Shown: positions 33,880-41,485 of the stretch, piece after piece
Layout: every line of letters begins with the position of its first letter
How positions within the stretch are numbered: position 1 is the stretch's first letter
IMG/VR virus record: IMGVR_UViG_3300045988_100685
Strand: one strand, 5' to 3'
From: a virus
DNA: 43,512 nucleotides
The notes under the pieces: generated by a model
Told to the model about the DNA's origin: nothing
Seen by the model: the letters and a program-made list of their open reading frames with translations, nothing else
Databases searched by the model: none
Made by a program: the position numbers and the translations under genes

Positions 33880-33908
33880 ATACACTGGTGCTGTAAGGAG
33901 GGGTGATA

Positions 33909-34751
33909 ATGCCGATAGGAGTAATCAAAATTTATAACCCCACAACCGGAAAGTATGAAGAGTTTCCGGCGTATATGGGGCCTACCGGGCCGACGGGCCC
34001 AGCGAATGGACCTGCGGGACCGGCGGGCGCTACAGGCAGCCCGGGCAAAGACGGCGAAACGCCTTACATCGGCGACAACGGAAACTGGTTTGTCGGAAGC
34101 AACGACACCGGAAAGCCAAGTCGTGGTGAGAAAGGCAGCGATGGTAGCCCGGGTAAAGATGGCACGGACGGAAAAGATGGCAGCCCGGGCAAAGACGGGA
34201 CGGACGGGCACACGCCTGTAATAACCGCCACGAAAACAAACGGCGTGACTACCGTAAAAGCCGACGGTGTAGAGATAGCAACAATAAACGATGGCGCAAA
34301 GGGTGAGCAGGGCGATCCAGGCAAAGATGGCAGCGCTGGAAGTGTGGGGCCTACCGGGCCGACTGGACCAGCGGGACTTAATCAGATAGGCGCGACGACC
34401 ACGACCACCTTTGCGAACGGCAAACTGTTAAAAGCTCAGGGCGGAAAAATCGTTGAGGCTGTTGCGGGAACGGATTATATTGTTCCGCCAACCAAAGTTA
34501 CGGGAACAGGAGCTGTAACGGCTACGCTCGGAAACGGCAAGGAATACAGCTATGCGGCGGTAACGTCTATTACCTTAACCGCCGGAGAGGGCGAAAGCCA
34601 CGGATTTATACGGTTCGGAGCGTCAAATCCGACAGTAACACTCAGCGGATTCAGCGCAGCGGACGGCGATATTACTTCCGCAGCCGCGTCAACTGTGTGG
34701 GAGTTCAGCGCGGTGGACGGATATATAATCTTTAAGAATTGGAGTGCTTAA
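33909..34751 (+). CDS. Collagen-like repeat tail fibre protein 2
   Basis: ATG at 33909 with SD aaggagggg upstream; the track start is GTG at 33903. Gly-X-Y tracts are present (GPTGPTGPANGPAGPAGATGSPGKDGE, GEKGSDGSPGKDGTDGKDGSPGKDGTDG, GAKGEQGDPGKDGSAGSVGPTGPTGPAG). Confidence 0.8.
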   Translation: MPIGVIKIYNPTTGKYEEFPAYMGPTGPTGPANGPAGPAGATGSPGKDGETPYIGDNGNWFVGSNDTGKPSRGEKGSDGSPGKDGTDGKDGSPGKDGTDGHTPVITATKTNGVTTVKADGVEIATINDGAKGEQGDPGKDGSAGSVGPTGPTGPAGLNQIGATTTTTFANGKLLKAQGGKIVEAVAGTDYIVPPTKVTGTGAVTATLGNGKEYSYAAVTSITLTAGEGESHGFIRFGASNPTVTLSGFSAADGDITSAAASTVWEFSAVDGYIIFKNWSA

Positions 34752-34752
34752 T

Positions 34753-35556
34753 ATGATGAGCACAAGGCGAAGACTGCTTATGCAAAGCAAAAAAGCATCG
34801 GCGGCAGAAACAATAGTTGTTTACGATTACGATACCGCACCGCAAACGCTTAACGGAACCGTCTTGAGCGGCAGTTATACGGAGCTCGGAAGCGCCGGAC
34901 TTAAAATGCGTGTTATTGGCAGTGACAGCTTGTCCTGCGTAATAGGCACTTATGATTTGACCGGCTATACAATGCTTGAGGTTGTCGGCGGCAAAAAGGA
35001 TTACGCAATAAGTACGCTGAGCGTTGCAATTCAGAACGCCGTTGGAGCGATATTAAAGACATTAGACCTTAAATCTGTTTTGGCGTCAAATGATATGAGC
35101 AATTTTACGGCGGCAAACGGCAGCTATTCCACGCATTATCTCGATTTGTCCGATGTGAGCGGCGAATGCAGCATTAAATTAGCAATTTCGGCGAGCGGAA
35201 CAACGCAGACCAACGTTGCAGCGTACAAGTACATTGCATTTTTAGCATCCGGCAGCACGGATCCGACGGTTGACCGCATAACGGTTACGGGTGTGGGAGA
35301 CGAAACAGCGGGATATGTTATGATTGACGGCACTAACATTTATCAAACTACGGTGCTTGATGTTGCGCACGGCGCACACACCGTTAAAGCGGTAGCATAC
35401 AAGGTTGTTATAAACGGTGCCGAACACACGGCGGGCAGCACGGATGCGCTGATAGAGCGTACAGAGGTTATAAGCGGCAATATAACAGTGAATATTGAGA
35501 AAACAGTTGAAGGTGGTTTCTTCGGAAACACTTATTATACTATAACGATTACATAG
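34753..35556 (+). CDS. Hypothetical fibre-distal / receptor-binding candidate
   Basis: ATG at 34753, just after the upstream stop. 267 aa, beta-rich. Function is inferred from position only. Confidence 0.5.
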   Translation: MMSTRRRLLMQSKKASAAETIVVYDYDTAPQTLNGTVLSGSYTELGSAGLKMRVIGSDSLSCVIGTYDLTGYTMLEVVGGKKDYAISTLSVAIQNAVGAILKTLDLKSVLASNDMSNFTAANGSYSTHYLDLSDVSGECSIKLAISASGTTQTNVAAYKYIAFLASGSTDPTVDRITVTGVGDETAGYVMIDGTNIYQTTVLDVAHGAHTVKAVAYKVVINGAEHTAGSTDALIERTEVISGNITVNIEKTVEGGFFGNTYYTITIT

Positions 35557-35567
35557 GAGACAGAAGT

Positions 35568-35930
35568 ATGGGAATGAGCGTAAAGTTTGCGGGCGACAAT
35601 AAAAGTTATGCTCTTATAAATGCAGAGGCACTCAGCATCGAGAAGGGACGCAGTGGAGTAAAGCTTATTATTGACGGCGGCAATTTTGAAGATATAAAAG
35701 AGCGTTTTATGAGCCCGGAAGAATACGATTTGCTTGACCCGGACGGTCCGGAGCCCCAAATAAGCCTTACGGAGTTTTGCGTGCTGTACGAAATTATGTA
35801 CAGTAACGGCAGATTTTATGTGACGATGGCGCAAAAGACCGCAGACGAGCGTATAGAGGAGCTTACTCAACAGGTGTCGGAGCTTAATGCGGAAGTGATG
35901 AGCTTGCAAAGCGGGGCGGAAGTAGTATGA
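35568..35930 (+). CDS. Hypothetical protein
   Basis: 120-aa ORF with SD aggaga upstream and a C-terminal coiled-coil-like segment. Confidence 0.5.
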   Translation: MGMSVKFAGDNKSYALINAEALSIEKGRSGVKLIIDGGNFEDIKERFMSPEEYDLLDPDGPEPQISLTEFCVLYEIMYSNGRFYVTMAQKTADERIEELTQQVSELNAEVMSLQSGAEVV

Positions 35931-37036
35931 CGAACAGAAAAATAGCTGTTTATACTATTTGCAAAAACGAAGAAAAAAACGTGCAGGCGTGGCTTGAAAA
36001 CGTTAAAAACGCAGATTATATATGCGTTCTTGACACCGGAAGCACGGACAAAACGAAAAAGCTTTTTGAAGAGGCAAAAGAAGCTTTTGGCGACAAGCTT
36101 GTTTTTGCAGAAACGGATTACGGAAATGATTTCCGCTTTGACAGAGCGAGAAACGATTGCTTAAAGCTTGTCCCGAATGACGCAAAAATTTGTGTTTGCC
36201 CCGACCTTGACGAACGGCTTTCCGACGGATGGAGGGAAGCAATATTAAAGGTATGGCGAAACAACACATCAAGAGCGCAGTACAAGTACATCTGGAACCA
36301 CAACGAGCACGGAGGCGAGGGAGTAACTTTTGACGCTGACAAAATCCACGCCAACGACGGCACTTACAAGTGGGTGAACCCGGTTCATGAGATTTTAGAG
36401 CGGGAGTGCCTTGAGGAATATGTGTATGTTGACGGTATGGTGCTTGAGCACTGGGCGGATGCAACGAAAAGCAGAGCGCAATATCTTGACCTTTTGGAGC
36501 TTGCAGTAAAGGAAAACCCGCACAACGACCGCAACACTCACTATTTGGGGCGAGAGTATATGTTCCGCGGCAGGTGGCAGGAAGCAATAAATATGCTTAA
36601 AAAGCATATTAGCATGCCGGAGGCAAAATGGGATTTGGAGCGCTGCGCAAGTATGCGGTTTATTGGTGATTGTTACTGCAAACTTTCTCAGCCTACAGAA
36701 GCAGAAAAGTATTATCTGCGTGCCTGCGCAGAAGGCTACAGAACCCGCGAACCGTGGTACGACCTTGAAAGGTTTTATTACGGGAGGCAGGACTGGGGCG
36801 GAGTAGTTTATGCCGGAGAAAAAGCAACGGCAATATCTGAAAAGGATGGCTCTTATATATGTGAGCAGGAGGCGTGGAGCGCCCTCCCATTTGATATGTT
36901 ATCTATCGGCTATTATATGACAGGGCGAAGGGCAAAAGCGCTCACAGCGGCGCACAGCGCCCTCTGCGCAGACCCCTGCAACGAGCGGATAGCTAATAAT
37001 ATAAAGCTTATGGAGGGAGACGCGAATGGACAATGA
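35927..37036 (+). CDS. Family 2-like glycosyltransferase fused to TPR-like helical repeats
   Basis: N-terminus IAVYTICKNEEKNVQAWLENVKNADYICVLDTGSTDKT plus an acidic DLDE motif is GT-A/GT2-like. The C-terminal half is TPR-like (YLGREYMFRGRWQEAINMLKKHI..., GDCYCKLSQPTEAEKYYLRA). Confidence 0.75.
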   Translation: MTNRKIAVYTICKNEEKNVQAWLENVKNADYICVLDTGSTDKTKKLFEEAKEAFGDKLVFAETDYGNDFRFDRARNDCLKLVPNDAKICVCPDLDERLSDGWREAILKVWRNNTSRAQYKYIWNHNEHGGEGVTFDADKIHANDGTYKWVNPVHEILERECLEEYVYVDGMVLEHWADATKSRAQYLDLLELAVKENPHNDRNTHYLGREYMFRGRWQEAINMLKKHISMPEAKWDLERCASMRFIGDCYCKLSQPTEAEKYYLRACAEGYRTREPWYDLERFYYGRQDWGGVVYAGEKATAISEKDGSYICEQEAWSALPFDMLSIGYYMTGRRAKALTAAHSALCADPCNERIANNIKLMEGDANGQ

Positions 37037-37334
37037 CCAGATTATAAAAGAGCTTACCGAAGTGGACGCGCGAAGCAAAAGCAATACAAAGCGGCTTGAC
37101 CGTTTGGACAAGCTTCTCGAAGAGCAGCAAAAAATGGCGGTCGCTGTGGAACGGCTTGCTACAAATATGGAGTATATGCTCGAGGAGCAGAAGAAGCAGG
37201 GCGCAAGGCTGGAAAGCCTTGAAAAAGCCCCGGTGGACGAGGCGGCATATTTTAAGCGCGTGACCGTCGGCTGCATTATCACAGGCGCAATCAGCGCAAT
37301 AATCAGCGCTGTTTTGGCATTTATCATTAAATAA
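37026..37334 (+). CDS. XhlA-like lysis-associated protein (coiled coil plus C-terminal TM anchor)
   Basis: 102 aa, with a coiled-coil N-terminal part and a C-terminal TM helix (VGCIITGAISAIISAVLAFII). It sits immediately upstream of the holin, as in the xhlA-xhlB-xlyA arrangement. Confidence 0.55.
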   Translation: MDNDQIIKELTEVDARSKSNTKRLDRLDKLLEEQQKMAVAVERLATNMEYMLEEQKKQGARLESLEKAPVDEAAYFKRVTVGCIITGAISAIISAVLAFIIK

Positions 37335-37350
37335 ACGGAGGAAAGAAAAA

Positions 37351-37632
37351 ATGAAAATCAACTGGAAAGTAAGACTTAAAAACGTGACCTTTTGGATGAC
37401 CATGGTTCCGGCAACAATCACCTTTATTTATGCGGTGCTTGCCGCATTCGGTATCACTCCGGGCTTGAGCCAGTCCACGGCAATCAATACGGGCGTTGCC
37501 ATTGTAACTGCGCTTGCGGCTCTCGGTGTGCTTGTAGACCCCACTACTGACGGCATTGGCGACAGTGAAAGAGCGATGAGATATGAAGTTCCGGCAAACG
37601 ACCACGAAGAATACCCGGACGCGGAGGCCTGA
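37351..37632 (+). CDS. Holin (phiLC3 / LL-H-type family)
   Basis: N-terminus MKINWKVRLKNVTFWMTMVPATITFIYAVL matches the INWKVRLKN..FW signature. It has two TM segments and a charged tail. Confidence 0.85.
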   Translation: MKINWKVRLKNVTFWMTMVPATITFIYAVLAAFGITPGLSQSTAINTGVAIVTALAALGVLVDPTTDGIGDSERAMRYEVPANDHEEYPDAEA

Positions 37633-37635
37633 CCT

Positions 37636-38304
37636 ATGCAGAAGCTTATTTTGCCGATTAAAGATTTTAAGCCTACGGCGGGCTATAAGAATTACAAGTA
37701 CCGCAAGTATTGGGGCTTTAGCCACTATGGAATTGACTGTGCAAGCCCTTCCAAGAACCGCGCGCTTTACGGTTTGGGCGACGGCGTTGTGGTTGCGGCG
37801 GGGCTTGACGGTCTGCATGGCAAAACCACCGGTAAAGGCAGCGGCTGCGGCTATTGCCTTGTTATCATTTACAAGGACTGCTATAATCGCAAGACGCAAA
37901 GCACGATGAATGTGGTGTGCACATATATGCACATGGCAGCGCTGCCGAAGGTGAAAGCCGGGGACAAAGTAACCACTAAAACGCTGCTTGGATATTACGG
38001 CAACACCGGAGCCGCCACCAGCGGGCCGCATTTGCACATCCAGTTTGACACGGACACGGCTCATCCGCTTTACTGCACCGGAATTTCGAGCCGCGGACAC
38101 GCTCTTCTGCGCCGCGGGAGCGTGGACAGCACTATAAACCCGGTGGAGCTGCTCAATATCGGCGAGGGGCAGACCATGACCTACACACATAACGATTGGT
38201 ATAACTATTTTGAGTTTAAGGCAATCGAGGCAAAGCCTGCGCCGCAAAGACCGAAGCAGGACGAGGAAATCACCGACGGAGTAATTCACGTAACCGTAAA
38301 TTAA
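37636..38304 (+). CDS. Endolysin, M23 (LytM-type) metallopeptidase
   Basis: The HxxxD motif (SHYGIDC) and HxH motif (GPHLHIQF) are separated by the usual Gly-rich beta region. The gene follows the holin. Confidence 0.85.
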   Translation: MQKLILPIKDFKPTAGYKNYKYRKYWGFSHYGIDCASPSKNRALYGLGDGVVVAAGLDGLHGKTTGKGSGCGYCLVIIYKDCYNRKTQSTMNVVCTYMHMAALPKVKAGDKVTTKTLLGYYGNTGAATSGPHLHIQFDTDTAHPLYCTGISSRGHALLRRGSVDSTINPVELLNIGEGQTMTYTHNDWYNYFEFKAIEAKPAPQRPKQDEEITDGVIHVTVN

Positions 38305-38345
38305 CCGCTTCTTCCGGCGCTACCGGCTTGCAGAATGGAGCGCGT

Positions 38346-38591
38346 ATGAGGGCGGAAAACCGCGAAAACAGAAAAACAATTAAGAGCGTGTGCTCGAAAG
38401 CAAAGCTACGCGAATACATAAGCGATTGCAGCTTTGAGCACGAGCACGATGCCGAGATTTTGAGTAGGATATATTTGCAGCATCAGGACTGCGGGTATAT
38501 TGCGGACAAGATAGGACTATCGTATTCTCAAACTATCGAGCGGCACAGGCAAGCTGCGAAGCGGCTTGCGGATTTGATAAAAACCAGATAA
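38346..38591 (+). CDS. Small sigma-70 region-4-like HTH protein (possible transcription regulator)
   Basis: ATG at 38346 with an SD-like ggag upstream. The segment DAEILSRIYLQHQDCGYIADKIGLSYSQTIERHRQAAKRL has the pattern of sigma region 4 / LuxR-type HTH. Confidence 0.45.
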   Translation: MRAENRENRKTIKSVCSKAKLREYISDCSFEHEHDAEILSRIYLQHQDCGYIADKIGLSYSQTIERHRQAAKRLADLIKTR

Positions 38592-38697
38592 TGACCCTAT
38601 AAAGTACAGAAAAACGCCCCCTTGAAATGTGGTACGATTAAACCGCAGACAAGAGGGCGCTTTATTACTGCAATAATTAAAGGAGGTACTTTATTAT

Positions 38698-39153
38698 ATG
38701 GAGTACGCAAGCAAAGGTATTGCAAATGCAGGACTTACCACAGGTATTATCGGCACTGCCCTTTCCGGCGTAATGGCACTCGGCGGACTTGTTGGCGGCG
38801 GCAGAATGGCAGCAGCAGGAGCGGCAGACAGTGAACACCTTGTGAGCCGTTATGAGCTTCAGCTCACTCAGGAAAACGCCGTTCTCAAGGCTCAGGCGGA
38901 TGTTGACAAAAAGCTCATTGAGGTTTACAACTCTATCAACGACAAAGCAAATTCCATTCGTGAAAGCTTCAACACTTTTGAGAAGGAGCAGCTTGTTTAC
39001 AACGGGGTAAACACCGCGACTATCGGCTGTATTCAAAATCAGGTCAATGCTCTTATGGGTATGACTCAGCTCGTTATCCCGAACAGCTCCGTTTGTCCCG
39101 GCTGGGGCAATGCGACCGTAACCGTGTCCCCCGGTACCACCACCACCGGCTAA
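38698..39153 (+). CDS. Hypothetical membrane-associated protein (Gly-zipper N-terminus, coiled coil)
   Basis: 151 aa with strong SD aaaggagg. The N-terminus GIANAGLTTGIIGTALSGVMALGGLVGGG is followed by a coiled-coil-like segment and a Cys-containing C-terminus. Confidence 0.5.
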   Translation: MEYASKGIANAGLTTGIIGTALSGVMALGGLVGGGRMAAAGAADSEHLVSRYELQLTQENAVLKAQADVDKKLIEVYNSINDKANSIRESFNTFEKEQLVYNGVNTATIGCIQNQVNALMGMTQLVIPNSSVCPGWGNATVTVSPGTTTTG

Positions 39154-39221
39154 ACCGGTTGTCAAACGCATGGGGCGGCTTTTGCTGCCCCATATTCTAA
39201 CAATAAAAAGGAGCGGTTGAA

Positions 39222-39554
39222 ATGGCAAACATAGAACAAGTCAAACACGGTGTATCGGAATATGTCAAAAACGATGTTCTTCCGCATTTGCCCACAGCAA
39301 AACAAATAGGTGTGAGCATTTATATCGGGCTTGTGATGGATAATGCTGCGGGAGCGGTGGAAAAGATTAAAAACCATCCTGCGCTTGGGCTGACGGGGAT
39401 TTTTAAGGATGATGATATTGATGTTGACAGACTTTACAGCGTTGCAAGGCCGCAATTTGAGCAACGAAGGACGATAGAGATTCCGATGATTGGAGAATTG
39501 ACCTTTGACGGAAACGATGTTGACAGGCTTTACAAATATATTAAGGAGTATTGA
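39222..39554 (+). CDS. Hypothetical protein
   Basis: 110-aa ORF with SD aaaggag upstream. Confidence 0.5.
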   Translation: MANIEQVKHGVSEYVKNDVLPHLPTAKQIGVSIYIGLVMDNAAGAVEKIKNHPALGLTGIFKDDDIDVDRLYSVARPQFEQRRTIEIPMIGELTFDGNDVDRLYKYIKEY

Positions 39555-39555
39555 T

Positions 39556-40059
39556 ATGGATAAATCGCTTATAGAGGAAAGTATTGAAAACGCAAAGAAA
39601 AGCGCTGAAAAATACAAAAAGCTATTTGACAGTTTAAGCGGCGAAAGCCCTTACTGCGGAATGGTGGAGGATATGCAAAAGGATTTACGCCAGCACGCCG
39701 AGTGTCTTAAAGAGATGTTGGGCGGCGAGAAAAAGCTTTCGGATAATGAGATCCGAGAGTGGAATGAGCAAATGGAAAACGAGGACGGCAGCACCGGCGG
39801 GCATTGGAATATTTCTCAGACAAATTCCGTGGCCGAAAGCGCCGGGCTCCGCTTTGACCACATTACCCCCGAGGAGTGGAACGTCACTATGAATATGATG
39901 TATTCTGATTATTCCGGGGTGGCGAACAAGTACGGGGTTGGTATGTCGGATTTTTATGCCGATATGGCAAAAGCTTTTCTTTTTGATAAAGACGCGGGAA
40001 GCCCGAAAGAGAAACTGGCGGGGTATTATAAAGGCGTTGTGGAAAGAAAGGAACAATGA
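39556..40059 (+). CDS. Hypothetical protein
   Basis: ATG at 39556 with SD aaggag upstream, preferred over the track start at 39505. The conserved-looking C-terminal block HWNISQTNSVAESAGLRFDHITPEEWNVTMNMMYSDY is of unknown function. Confidence 0.5.
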   Translation: MDKSLIEESIENAKKSAEKYKKLFDSLSGESPYCGMVEDMQKDLRQHAECLKEMLGGEKKLSDNEIREWNEQMENEDGSTGGHWNISQTNSVAESAGLRFDHITPEEWNVTMNMMYSDYSGVANKYGVGMSDFYADMAKAFLFDKDAGSPKEKLAGYYKGVVERKEQ

Positions 40060-40088
40060 TTTAGCACCACACTTTGCACCACACTTTT
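40060..40088 (+). repeat. Left copy of a 29-bp direct repeat flanking the attP region (internal tandem GCACCACACTTT x2)
   Basis: TTTAGCACCACACTTTGCACCACACTTTT is identical to 40270-40298. Confidence 0.9.
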
Positions 40089-40100
40089 TTGCTAAAGAAT

Positions 40101-40136
40101 TTTAATTTAATTATTTCTACATTTAATTAAATTAAA
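40101..40136. promoter_or_regulatory. AT-rich 13-bp inverted repeat in the attP region
   Basis: TTTAATTTAATTA (40101-40113) and TAATTAAATTAAA (40124-40136) are perfect reverse complements. This may be a bending or accessory-factor site. Confidence 0.5.
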
Positions 40137-40196
40137 GAAAAAGCGCATTATAATCAAATTATTTTGGCACGGGTAAAACAACCAGATTTATTAAAT

Positions 40197-40224
40197 AGGG
40201 GTTCGACTCCCGTTGCCTGCTCCA
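40197..40224 (+). other. attP core candidate: tRNA 3'-end-like segment (T-loop, acceptor 3' strand, discriminator, CCA)
   Basis: AGGGGTTCGACTCCCGTTGCCTGCTCCA contains GGTTCGACTCC (T-loop consensus) and ends in TCCA. No matching 5' acceptor strand (GCAGGCA) lies about 70 nt upstream, so it is a fragment and not a tRNA gene. Confidence 0.65.
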
Positions 40225-40229
40225 CAAGA

Positions 40230-40268
40230 AAACCGCTTGATTAAGCCAAAATCAAGCGGTTATTTTTA
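40230..40268. terminator. Bidirectional hairpin terminator (ends int on the - strand)
   Basis: AACCGCTTGAT, a 9-nt loop, ATCAAGCGGTT. It is flanked by an A-run on one side and a T-run on the other. Confidence 0.7.
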
Positions 40269-40269
40269 T

Positions 40270-40298
40270 TTTAGCACCACACTTTGCACCACACTTTT
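40270..40298 (+). repeat. Right copy of the 29-bp direct repeat (overlaps the int stop codon)
   Basis: Identical to 40060-40088. Confidence 0.9.
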
Positions 40299-41376
40299 AT
40301 TTTTTACTCTCTAAAATTGAGGAAAAAACACCGCTCAGGGCGTTAGCTGTTGTCTTTCCGTCTCCGGTTAAGGAATGACCATATACACCAAACGTGTCCA
40401 TATTGGCGGAGTGCCCCACGACAGATTTTACAAGACCTTCGGGCAAGGTTTTAGCGATTGATACAAAGGTGTGGCGCAAGCCGTAAGGCGTGACATGCGG
40501 CAAATCGTGAACCTCGCAGTATTTATAAAGGTGTTTTTCGTAGCACGCGGTTGATTCGATGGGAAATATATATTCCTCGGGCGAAAATTTTTTTATTTGC
40601 GCATTTATCGTTTTCTGCGCAAGAGGGGATAGGTAAATAATACGTTTTGCGTTTTTGTTTTTTCCCTCGGTTATTTTGCCCATTACGTCAATGGAGCGCC
40701 GAATAAACAATTTGTCTTTTTGATAATCGTTTAGCTTTAGCCCACGGAGTTCACCGGGGCGTAGCCCGGTAAGCACTTGCAGGCGATAGGCGTAAATATA
40801 CATTTCTTGCCCCGGTTGCCCGTTAAAAGTGGTCGTATCATCGGCGAACAGTATTTTAAGGTCATCAGGCTGCAAGATAGTTTGCTCTTTGTGCTGCGCG
40901 GCAGCGGGAATTGTTAGATCTTCAGGTACATACGAAGTGAGCTTTTGTTTGCGGCAATACTTAATAAAGCCCGTCAAGTCACCGCGAATATTCATAATGG
41001 TTTTCTTTGAAAGGTGGCCTTTTGTGTGGGCTTTATTGATTACGTCCTGCAAGTCTTTGTCCGACAGGGAAGCCACGGAACGGCAGCCTATGATAGGTTC
41101 GATATGGCAGCGCCAGCGCTGTTCTTTTGGGGTATAATTCCGTTCAGATGTAGTTTCTTTGACGAGCGCGAGATATTCAAGATAAACTTGATTGACTTTT
41201 GCATTTTGATTTTCTACGCCCTCATCGAGCCAGAGGTCTGCCTTGCGGTTTGCTTCGCGCTGCCCGGTGCGACCGGGCGTGCCGGAATAGAAGCTTTTGC
41301 GAACGCCGTCGCGTTGGACGTTTATTTTCCAGTATTGCTTGCTCTCGTCCCATTTTGCGGTGTTTGTTCTTTTCAT
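40297..41376 (-). CDS. int: Tyrosine recombinase (phage integrase) with N-terminal arm-type DNA-binding domain
   Basis: Catalytic motifs LRPGELRGL (Arg), LRHTFVS (His-x-x-Arg), GHS and VYGH (Tyr). The N-terminus WDESKQYWKINVQRDGVRKSFYS looks like an AP2/arm-binding domain. Confidence 0.93.
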   Translation of the reverse strand: MKRTNTAKWDESKQYWKINVQRDGVRKSFYSGTPGRTGQREANRKADLWLDEGVENQNAKVNQVYLEYLALVKETTSERNYTPKEQRWRCHIEPIIGCRSVASLSDKDLQDVINKAHTKGHLSKKTIMNIRGDLTGFIKYCRKQKLTSYVPEDLTIPAAAQHKEQTILQPDDLKILFADDTTTFNGQPGQEMYIYAYRLQVLTGLRPGELRGLKLNDYQKDKLFIRRSIDVMGKITEGKNKNAKRIIYLSPLAQKTINAQIKKFSPEEYIFPIESTACYEKHLYKYCEVHDLPHVTPYGLRHTFVSIAKTLPEGLVKSVVGHSANMDTFGVYGHSLTGDGKTTANALSGVFSSILESKK

Positions 41377-41415
41377 TCTTGCAATCTCCTTTGTAAAAGC
41401 TTATAATATAAAACA

Positions 41416-41480
41416 AGGAGCGGACTTTGCAATCTCGCCCGCTCCTTCCCCCGACGCGGCGAACGTCGGGGGTTTTTTTA
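41416..41480. terminator. Two adjacent GC-rich hairpins upstream of int
   Basis: GGAGCGG...CCGCTCC and CCCCCGACG-cggcgaa-CGTCGGGGG, followed by T7 on the + strand. They may insulate int from upstream or antisense transcription. Confidence 0.5.
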
Positions 41481-41485
41481 TTTCA

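Noticed and set aside
30806-34751. Diversity-generating retroelement (template/variable repeat pair) involving the two fibre cassettes
   Set aside because: There is no reverse transcriptase gene anywhere in the window. No A-to-N mismatched repeat pair is visible, and the similarity is limited to Gly-X-Y tracts and the boundary element.
40166-40224. Possible complete tRNA gene
   Set aside because: Only the T-loop, acceptor 3' strand and CCA are present. No complementary 5' acceptor strand, D-arm or anticodon arm lies upstream, and there is a mismatch in the T-stem. It is interpreted as the attP copy of a tRNA 3' end.
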